A DNA stretch of 64,000 bases, from positions 384,001 to 448,000 of the forward strand of contig JBFWNU010000001.1 of assembly GCA_050250895.1 (NCBI GenBank). Direction: 5' to 3'. How positions within the stretch are numbered: position 1 is the stretch's first letter; the number at the start of each line of letters is the position of its first letter. A program made the position numbers and the translations under genes. Below the pieces are notes generated by a model, which saw only the letters and a program-made list of their open reading frames with translations, was not told the origin of the DNA and made no database searches. Below are positions 56,871 to 64,000 of this stretch, piece after piece. The DNA is from Vulcanimicrobiota bacterium (GTDB taxonomy: Bacteria; Vulcanimicrobiota; Xenobia; Xenobiales; JADMJV01).

Positions 56871-57838
56871 AGAAGGAATGGTGGTGGGCGCTGGGGGCCG
56901 GGGCAGCCGCATTTGGCTCGGCCTATTGGTTTCTTAGCCGCTATCCCACCGAACAACGGTTGCGCTCTGAAGCCGAAGAGCTACTCGAGCGTGGCCATCG
57001 CTTCGTCGAAGACGGGGACCTGACCCGCGCTTTGAGGGTCGGTGAGCGCCTGCTGGCTCGCCGCTACACCGGGGGTTACGAATTGGTGGCCCGGGTCTTC
57101 TTCGAGCGTGGCCGCCTGGCCGAGGCCATCGAAGTGCTGGGCAAAGGGGTGGCTCAGGCCCCCTCGGTGTGGGTCTTGTGGAGCCAGCTTGGCTATTGCC
57201 TTTCGGAAGACGGCCGCCACGAACAGGCGCTGGAGGCCTTCGAGCGGGCGCGCAGTTGCGACTCGGAAGAGATGTCGATCGCGGTCAACGAGGCGCTGGT
57301 CTATTTGCGCACCCACGAGTGGGAAAAGGCTCTTGAGCGGGCCGAGTCGGTGTTGGCCGACCCTGAGTCCGAGAATCTTCATCCGGCGGCCAAATTGCAT
57401 CGCTTCTCGGCCATGGCCATGGGAGGACGCTCGGAAGACGCGATGGCCGAAATCGAGTCGGCCGACCTGACGGACGCCGAATTGGCCAACGCCCTGGCGG
57501 CCGTTGCCTACGGACACCCCGACGACGATGTCACCGGAGCGCTGGCCCGGCGGGCCTACGCTCTGGACCCCACCAATCCGCGAGTGCTCTTGATCCTGCG
57601 CGAGCTGCGCAACGAGCGCAGCCCCGATACCTCTCTCTATCGTCTCGACAGCCCCCGGCGCATGACCTTCGTCAACGCGGTCGACGAAGAGCAAGCGCGC
57701 ATTCTGCTAGAAGAACTGGAAGGGCCGTTGATCGAGGTCGAAAAAATCACCCATATCAAGGCCGTTCCCGAGCAGTTGATCGGACTGCTCGAAGTGTTCG
57801 TGCGGCGGGATTCTGACGACGGTGACGAGAACGACTGA
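56867..57838 (+). CDS. Membrane-anchored TPR-repeat protein
   Basis: N-terminal TM; GRLAEAIEVLGKGVAQAP, WSQLGYCLSEDGRHEQALEAFERA; ATGA overlap. Confidence 0.8.
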   Translation: MKKEWWWALGAGAAAFGSAYWFLSRYPTEQRLRSEAEELLERGHRFVEDGDLTRALRVGERLLARRYTGGYELVARVFFERGRLAEAIEVLGKGVAQAPSVWVLWSQLGYCLSEDGRHEQALEAFERARSCDSEEMSIAVNEALVYLRTHEWEKALERAESVLADPESENLHPAAKLHRFSAMAMGGRSEDAMAEIESADLTDAELANALAAVAYGHPDDDVTGALARRAYALDPTNPRVLLILRELRNERSPDTSLYRLDSPRRMTFVNAVDEEQARILLEELEGPLIEVEKITHIKAVPEQLIGLLEVFVRRDSDDGDEND

Positions 57839-57840
57839 AG

Positions 57841-58764
57841 ATGGCCGATAAGCCCGAGCGACCGAAATTCAAGCGCCGTGCATTAGGCCGTTCCCTGTCC
57901 AAGAGAAAACTTGGCAAAAAGGACGAGGAAGGCGAAGAATCTGGCGGCGAAGAGGCCGCTGGCGACGAATCATCCGACGATTCTCCGGCCAGTGTCGAAT
58001 CCGATGACGAGAACGACCCGACAGCGCCCCTACCGATAGCCACCAGTCCCATCCCGCCAGCTCCCACCTCGACGCCTCCGGGGGCGCCCCAGCCATCTTT
58101 CGACGAGCGCATGGTCAAGTTGCGCTCGGGAGCATCCTGGTTTACCCGCGAGTTCGGAGCCTTCCTGGTAGGGCTGGGCCGCTCGGCCTCGTCGCGCGGC
58201 AAGGAATTTGGCGACAACGTGGTGCGCCCGTTTTCGAGCGCCTTGCTTGAAGCCGTCATCGCTCTGGTCTTGCTCGCCTTTACCCTGCTGCTCGGGATCT
58301 CGCTGGGTCGGGGCCTGCACCCGGTGCTCAAGACCAGCACCGACGCCACTACCCCCAACTCGACAGCTCCGCCGCGCGGGCGCGGCCACCCCTTTCCGGT
58401 CGCCAGCCGCACCACCCGACCCAGCTTCAAGCCGCTGCCCGAACGCAACAAGTCCGAGGGAGCCAAGCAAGCACTGACTACTTTTCTCGAGGCTATCAAC
58501 CAGGGCGACCACCAGAGCGCCTACAGCCAGCTCTCGCCCGGTTGGCAGAAAGAACTGACCTTCGAGAGCTTCTCGAAGGGCTACGCCTCGGCCCGCGACC
58601 TTCGCTATACCATCGAAGAAGCCGTCCCTCTGGGAAGCGACCGGGTTCAGCTCGAGGTGGTTCTGGCCGTACAAGAAGGGGCCAACACCCGCAAATACGC
58701 CGGCACCTACATTGCCCTCAAGACGGATGACGGCTGGAAGCTCGATAGCGGAAGCCTGCGGTGA
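57841..58764 (+). CDS. Single-pass membrane protein with disordered acidic/Pro-rich N-terminus and NTF2-like C-terminal domain
   Basis: FLEAINQGDHQSAYSQLSP..FESFSKGY..GWKLD. Confidence 0.65.
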   Translation: MADKPERPKFKRRALGRSLSKRKLGKKDEEGEESGGEEAAGDESSDDSPASVESDDENDPTAPLPIATSPIPPAPTSTPPGAPQPSFDERMVKLRSGASWFTREFGAFLVGLGRSASSRGKEFGDNVVRPFSSALLEAVIALVLLAFTLLLGISLGRGLHPVLKTSTDATTPNSTAPPRGRGHPFPVASRTTRPSFKPLPERNKSEGAKQALTTFLEAINQGDHQSAYSQLSPGWQKELTFESFSKGYASARDLRYTIEEAVPLGSDRVQLEVVLAVQEGANTRKYAGTYIALKTDDGWKLDSGSLR

Positions 58765-59564
58765 ATCAAAACCTGGAGGGCAGCATCCATGTGGCCGGGG
58801 CCAGCCTTCCTGGGGCGCGGGAATACAACGACGACCACTTTTGCATCGCCGACAAGATCGGCCAGGAGCAGACCCTGACGGTGCGCGTGGATCGGGCTTC
58901 GGCCTGGTTCGAGCGCATGGGGCTGCTGGTAGCCGTGGCCGACGGAATGGGCAGCTATCAGGGGGGCTCCCTGGCGAGCCGCACCGCCCTCGAGACCCTG
59001 ATCGGCGTCTTCTATCGCCTGCCCGAGGGCAGCCTTCGTTCCCGCGTCGAACTGTCGCTCGAAGCCAGCCTGCAACGCCTTCAGGCGACGCTGCGCCTGG
59101 AGAAGAAGCGCAAGGCCGGCACCACCCTGGCCGGCTTTGCGGCCCAGCCGCCCGACCAGTTGATCCTCTTTCATATCGGGGATAGCGGCGTGGTCCGCCT
59201 GCGCGGCGACCGGATGTCGCGGCTGACGGTCGACCACACCCCCATCGGACGCCCCCTGGCCGAGGGCAAGATGACCCTCAAGGAAGCCGTGACACGAAAG
59301 GACGCCCACCAGCTCACCCGCTCGATGGGCCTGATTGGCGACACCCGCGTCGAGATTCGCGACCTCGACTACGCTCCCGGCGACTATTACCTACTGATGA
59401 CCGACGGCGTCTGCAGTCCCGGCCGAGGCCTCTCCCCCGGCATGCTCAAACGCTATGTCTCCAGTAACGGCTTCACTCCCGAAGCCCTGCTCGGCCCGAT
59501 GCTCAAGAAGGCGACCGCCAACGACGGCGACAATGCCACCCTGGTGCTGGTTCAGTTCGACTAG
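58761..59564 (+). CDS. PP2C/PPM-family Ser/Thr phosphatase
   Basis: REYNDD, VADGMG, GTT, HIGDS, DHT, LTRSMG, MTDGV, DNAT. Confidence 0.92.
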   Translation: MNQNLEGSIHVAGASLPGAREYNDDHFCIADKIGQEQTLTVRVDRASAWFERMGLLVAVADGMGSYQGGSLASRTALETLIGVFYRLPEGSLRSRVELSLEASLQRLQATLRLEKKRKAGTTLAGFAAQPPDQLILFHIGDSGVVRLRGDRMSRLTVDHTPIGRPLAEGKMTLKEAVTRKDAHQLTRSMGLIGDTRVEIRDLDYAPGDYYLLMTDGVCSPGRGLSPGMLKRYVSSNGFTPEALLGPMLKKATANDGDNATLVLVQFD

Positions 59565-59634
59565 GGCGAGGTTGCAACTGGGAAGCAACTGGGGGAGCCT
59601 AGACTGGGCCTACTTAGACAAAGGGGGCAATATC

Positions 59635-60069
59635 ATGCTCAAAACAGTATCATTACACGAAATGCTTCAGGGGCGACCGGTGGTCAGCACACCGGCGGGC
59701 ACCACCGTGGCCGAGGCTGCGAAGTTGATGTCGGCTGCCAACAAGGGAGCCATTCTGGTAACCGAGCACGGCAAGCTGGCCGGGATCTTTACCGAGCGGG
59801 ACCTGCTGCGGCGGGTGGCTGCCGAGGGACGGGATCCCGGTGAGGTCAAAGTCGACGAGGTCATGACCACCCAGCTGGTGGTCGGTGAACCCGGCGACTC
59901 TTACCTGACCGCCTTGCGTCGCATGGTCTCGGCCAGCTGCCGGCATTTGCCGGTGGTCGACGGTGACCGGGTGGTCGGAATGGTTTCGCGACGCGACCTG
60001 ATGGCGGTGGACATCCGCCAGTTGGAAGAAGAGATCGCTCGTCACGACCCTTCCACCCTGTTCATCTAG
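59635..60069 (+). CDS. CBS-pair domain protein
   Basis: TVAEAAKLM, GIFTERDL, VMT, RHLPVVD..GMVSRRDL; start re-assigned to ATG at 59635. Confidence 0.92.
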   Translation: MLKTVSLHEMLQGRPVVSTPAGTTVAEAAKLMSAANKGAILVTEHGKLAGIFTERDLLRRVAAEGRDPGEVKVDEVMTTQLVVGEPGDSYLTALRRMVSASCRHLPVVDGDRVVGMVSRRDLMAVDIRQLEEEIARHDPSTLFI

Positions 60070-60386
60070 AACAACTCGACGGTAGAGTCGGCCCTGGCGG
60101 GACCCTCGAAAACCGAGGTCGTGATCTTCTCTGGATCGACCGGGACGTAGTAGGCGACCGGCTGATCATACTTCTGATCGCCGTAGTCGAACTTCTTCTC
60201 GAAGGCCCCGTGATAGAGGGTCTCTCCGGGGTTGGGGCTGTCGGTCTTCACGTAGCGGCTGTAGCTTTCTTGTCCCATCGGACCCATGTCCGGGCCCAGG
60301 AAGGTCCGCTTGACCATGTATTGCTTGGCCTCGGCCGTCGCCCGCCGACTGTGGATGCCGTGAGCGCTGTAAGTCGAACGAATCAT
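60066..60386 (-). CDS. Small hypothetical protein
   Basis: AGGAGG RBS before ATG at 60386; 106 aa. Confidence 0.6.
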   Translation of the reverse strand: MIRSTYSAHGIHSRRATAEAKQYMVKRTFLGPDMGPMGQESYSRYVKTDSPNPGETLYHGAFEKKFDYGDQKYDQPVAYYVPVDPEKITTSVFEGPARADSTVELF

Positions 60387-60454
60387 GGGTTCCTCCTGCG
60401 TTTTCTTCAGCCTAGAGGGGCGCCCTGAAGATAGTCTTAACCGCCTTAGCCGCC

Positions 60455-63091
60455 TCAAGGCAGGGGCCAGATACACCAGCCGTCGCGGGGTAGGAGCATC
60501 AGTTCGAAGCCGGGTTGGTCAGAGACCACCGTGGCCACCTCTACTTGCTGCTCCACCCCCGGTTCGAGCGACAGCGACAACTCTTGAAAGTCACGCACCT
60601 TGTAGAGCGGTTGTTCGACCTGCCGGGCAAGAGTGGCCAGCAGCGGTCGCGAGGTCGTGAGCTCGGCGGGCGAGGCCAGGCTCAGGCGAAAGCGCGCCAC
60701 CCGGCCTGGCACCAGCGGGTCCAGGGGTTCGGCCGAGCGCAATTCGAGCGCCTCCACCAATTGCCGGTTGCCCACCTCCAGAGCGAACTCCGAGGCCAGC
60801 GGCTGGCTGCCCAGCCAGGCCCGCACTCGATAAGTTCCCTGTTGATGAGGAGCCACAAAGTGCAAAGCGAGCTGCTGGTGGCCGTTGGCTGCCAACTTTA
60901 ACGAGACGGGCTGATAGAATCGCTCCCAGGGCTCGACGGGTTTGCCGTCGGGAGCGAGCAGTTCGTAGTGAAAAGTGGTCTGCAGCTGCAGCTGGCGCGA
61001 GGTCGGATTGGACAGCTCGAGTTCGAGGCTGTGATACTGCTCGACTTCGAGCCGGCTCGGCAGGTGCCAGGCGTCGAGGGCGAGGGTGGCCGGCGGCCCC
61101 GCCTCGAGGGGCGGGCTCGAGACCCGATAGAGGATGCGATCGCCGACCTGGAAGGCCGGTTCGAGGGGCAGAGGCTCGCCGCCGCGCAGATAGATCCAGT
61201 CGGGCCTGAGATTGCCCAGCAAGGCCACATCGCGCGAGGCCCAGAAGGCGCGAGCGGCGGCCTGTTGGCGAAACGGCCAGGTGCCTAAGCGCTCGAAGGG
61301 CAGGGGAAAGGTGTGGCCCACCGGGTGGACCCCGCATAGTCCCGCGAAAGCGGCCTCGAAATAGACGTTGAAATAGTTCTCGTCGCGGGGGTTGGTGAGT
61401 AGCCGGTCGCCTTCGCCCACGCGCTCATCCAACCAGCGAGCCACCTGGAAGTCGGCCGGGTAAAGGTTGAGGTCGGGTTGGCGCTCGACCCACTGGGCCG
61501 CCGAGTGAAAATAGAGGCCGCTGGCCAGGCGGTCGAGCTGACCCGTTCGCTTGTGCATTTGCTGCAGAGCGGGATAGGTATTGGCCACCGCCACCAGGGC
61601 CACCAGGGCGGCGGCCAGGCCCTTCTGAGGCAGGTGGAGGCGACCGTCCGAGAGGGTGGCTACCGGGCCCGGCAGGTCAAGCCACCAGTGAGCCAGGGCC
61701 ACTCCCAGCGCCCCCGAGAACCCCCACGAGGCCACGAACTCCCAGCGAAAGACCTCGGCCTCCCAGAGGCCGAAATCGACCACCGAGGGCAGAAAATAGC
61801 CGGCAAAACCCACCCACCACAGCAACAGACCGGCCCAGTTGCGGCGGCGGCCCAGCAACCACAAGCTGACCGGGGCAAGATATAAGCCGAGCCAGTGGAT
61901 GCGTATCGCATACCAGGAAAAGACCGAGACATAGCCGGGCTGACCGGAATGCTTGGGCAGCTCTCGCAACCACGGCAAGGTCGAATAGGCCATCGACATC
62001 TCTTCACCGCTGCGCTCGAGCTTGATCTCGAAGAGGCGCGCCTTGGGAAACTTGACGGACACCTCGAGGTTCTGGCTCTGCAAGGTGGTGTCGGCCGAGG
62101 TGGTGGTCAGAGAGCCGCCCCCCCGCAACTTGGAAAGAAGGTTCTTGAAGACTCCTCCCTGGACCAGCCCCAGAGGCAGAGTGATGGCCACGATGGTCAG
62201 GGCGGTCAGCAACTGGCGCCGAGTGAGGCTCTTGAGACAGAGGGTGGACAGGGCCAGGCCGCACAGTCCCAGGCAGGTCAAGGCGAAGTTGGTTTCATAG
62301 GCCCAGGCCGATCCACCCAGAGCCACCCCGGCCATGACCGTGACGCCCCAGCCAGGCTGGCCAAACAGGGCCTCGACGGTGAGAAAAAAACACAGGGCAA
62401 AGACCATCTGGGCCAGGGCGTTATTGTTGGCCACCGTGTCGATCCAACCGCCGCGAAAACCGGCGTTGGCTCCTATAAAAACGAAAGTCGTGCCCAGTCC
62501 GGCCTGGAGTTGTGAGCCGGTTTGTCGGTAGAGGCCCGAAAAAAGCACCAGGAACGCTCCCAGCTGCATCGCCACCGTGACCGGGACCTGCACCCCATAG
62601 AGCGTCAGGCCAGTCAGGCGGGCGGCCATCACGGTCACCAGGTCGCGGGCGTAGTGGCCACCGTAGGGGATGTCGGTGAAGAACGGATTGACGATGGGGA
62701 AGGTGCCTTTGAGAAGGTGGGCCTGGAGCGGCGCGTGGAGGAAGAAATCGTCATCGGGATTGAGATACAAGATGGTATTGGTGGTGAAGTGGACGGCCGC
62801 CACCCCCACCACCAGAAAGAGCCAGGTGAGCCAGGTGTAGGGAGGTCTCTGCCAGGCCGGACCCGGGCGCCAAGCCAGGGCGACCGAGCCGGCCAGACAC
62901 AGACCCAGCACGCTCCAGAGGGAGCCTGAGAGGCTCAATCCGAAAAGCAAACCCAGGTTGACCCCCATGGCGGCGTAGAGCCAGCCGGCCGCCCACCCCA
63001 CCGCCAGCACGGCCAGTGGGTCGGTGAGCTTGAGGACACGATGCGCCAGCAGTGCGCCCAGCACCCAGGGCAGGGCCAGCAACAAGAACAC
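60455..63091 (-). CDS. Large polytopic membrane protein, putative GT-C-fold glycosyltransferase (paralog 4)
   Basis: PDDDFFLHAPLQA..NPFF..GGHYARD, GFRGGWIDTVANNN, WAYET, DFGLWEAEVFRWE; most similar to paralog 1. Confidence 0.7.
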   Translation of the reverse strand: MFLLLALPWVLGALLAHRVLKLTDPLAVLAVGWAAGWLYAAMGVNLGLLFGLSLSGSLWSVLGLCLAGSVALAWRPGPAWQRPPYTWLTWLFLVVGVAAVHFTTNTILYLNPDDDFFLHAPLQAHLLKGTFPIVNPFFTDIPYGGHYARDLVTVMAARLTGLTLYGVQVPVTVAMQLGAFLVLFSGLYRQTGSQLQAGLGTTFVFIGANAGFRGGWIDTVANNNALAQMVFALCFFLTVEALFGQPGWGVTVMAGVALGGSAWAYETNFALTCLGLCGLALSTLCLKSLTRRQLLTALTIVAITLPLGLVQGGVFKNLLSKLRGGGSLTTTSADTTLQSQNLEVSVKFPKARLFEIKLERSGEEMSMAYSTLPWLRELPKHSGQPGYVSVFSWYAIRIHWLGLYLAPVSLWLLGRRRNWAGLLLWWVGFAGYFLPSVVDFGLWEAEVFRWEFVASWGFSGALGVALAHWWLDLPGPVATLSDGRLHLPQKGLAAALVALVAVANTYPALQQMHKRTGQLDRLASGLYFHSAAQWVERQPDLNLYPADFQVARWLDERVGEGDRLLTNPRDENYFNVYFEAAFAGLCGVHPVGHTFPLPFERLGTWPFRQQAAARAFWASRDVALLGNLRPDWIYLRGGEPLPLEPAFQVGDRILYRVSSPPLEAGPPATLALDAWHLPSRLEVEQYHSLELELSNPTSRQLQLQTTFHYELLAPDGKPVEPWERFYQPVSLKLAANGHQQLALHFVAPHQQGTYRVRAWLGSQPLASEFALEVGNRQLVEALELRSAEPLDPLVPGRVARFRLSLASPAELTTSRPLLATLARQVEQPLYKVRDFQELSLSLEPGVEQQVEVATVVSDQPGFELMLLPRDGWCIWPLP

Positions 63092-63999
63092 TAGTGCCTC
63101 ACCACTCCGTCGGGCACATCGACCTGCGGTTGGCGCCGCCAGGTGCGGATCACCAGGGGCTCAGAAAAATTCACCGGGTGACCGGCCTCGCTCTCGTCGA
63201 CCAGTTGCAGGTGGACCGTAAAGGTGCCCACCGGGACCGGCGTGCGCAGGTAGACGATCACGGTTCGACTGGCGCCGGGCTCGAGGGTGAAGGGCTCGAG
63301 CGGCGTGATGGGGGCGACCTCGTTGCCGATGTCGTGCAGTTCGCTGGTCAGTTGCAAACGCGCTCCCCGCAAGCCCGAGAGGTCGAGCAACTGCTGCGAG
63401 CCGTTGGTCAGATGCAACGGACAGGGAAGCAGGCTGCGCGAGGGTAACTCGAGTTCGGTCTCGAGCCGGGCCTTCAGGGGCAGGCTCGGCGGCGAGGTGA
63501 GCGGTTGGACCTGCCCGTTGGACCACTCCACCTGATAGTGGCCGGCCAGGGCGGGCACGACCAGCGGCACGGAGCCGCCCCCGGTCAACACGGCCGGGCC
63601 GAAAGGGTGGCCGTCCAGGCTGAGCTGATAGCTGGCCGGCCCATCGGTTCCAAACCAGAGCAACCGCCCCCAGTCTTCGAGTCGCTCGAGCTCGAGCGCC
63701 GACAGTTCCGAGTGAAAGTCGGGCCAGGGCTCGATGGCCTCGGGCTGATGGTCGCGCCTGAGCAGCCAGGCGGCGCCGGTGCCGCGCAAGAGTTCGGACT
63801 GGCCGGTGACGGCATAAGCGGCCACCGCCGGCAATAAGCAGGCCCCTTCCTTCGAGACATACCAGCCCTCGAGGGGCGCCCCCCCGGCCAGCGCCGAGAC
63901 TACTCCCGCCACCGTGGGCGACTCCGGGGCCTGACCGCTCGAGAAGACCGCCGAGCCCTTCAGCCAGGCCAGTTGTCGAGCCACCTCGAGGTCGGCCGG
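63091..63999 (-). CDS. 3' part of a divergent paralog similar to 49574-51400; continues beyond the window
   Basis: Frame open to the window edge (PADLEVARQLA); VVSALAGGAPLEGW, ELPSRSLL..L.LTNGS, VYLRTP, VIRTW.R.P match 49574-51400; stop overlaps the start of paralog 4 by 1 bp. Confidence 0.65.
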   Translation of the reverse strand, partial: PADLEVARQLAWLKGSAVFSSGQAPESPTVAGVVSALAGGAPLEGWYVSKEGACLLPAVAAYAVTGQSELLRGTGAAWLLRRDHQPEAIEPWPDFHSELSALELERLEDWGRLLWFGTDGPASYQLSLDGHPFGPAVLTGGGSVPLVVPALAGHYQVEWSNGQVQPLTSPPSLPLKARLETELELPSRSLLPCPLHLTNGSQQLLDLSGLRGARLQLTSELHDIGNEVAPITPLEPFTLEPGASRTVIVYLRTPVPVGTFTVHLQLVDESEAGHPVNFSEPLVIRTWRRQPQVDVPDGVVRH

Positions 64000-64000
64000 G

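Overview
GC-rich bacterial window; the gene content is reminiscent of Eremiobacterota/Vulcanimicrobiota, but that is an unverified impression. (1) 1795-23899, minus strand: a ~22 kb operon encoding a PUFA-synthase-type iterative PKS (pfaD, pfaA with 6 ACPs, pfaBC) followed by oleB, oleC and oleD. No oleA is present. Its usual slot is filled by a 1024-aa membrane-anchored protein with a triplicated unknown domain, translationally coupled to oleB. A hybrid kinase with a Cys-rich GAF domain lies just upstream. (2) Six paralogous large polytopic membrane proteins with GT-C-like motifs (four full-length, two divergent), plus a GT2 and a flippase. (3) A signalling module: XRE, Crp, exported WD40-caspase, CHASE2 nucleotide cyclase with non-canonical R/N specificity residues, and a FecR/DUF928-like protein. 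(4) A DUF6036-like nucleotidyltransferase gene pair followed by a 540-bp modular REP-like hairpin mosaic. (5) Assorted regulators and hypotheticals. No rRNA, tRNA, CRISPR array or transposase was recognised. All family assignments come from reading motifs by eye, not from database searches.
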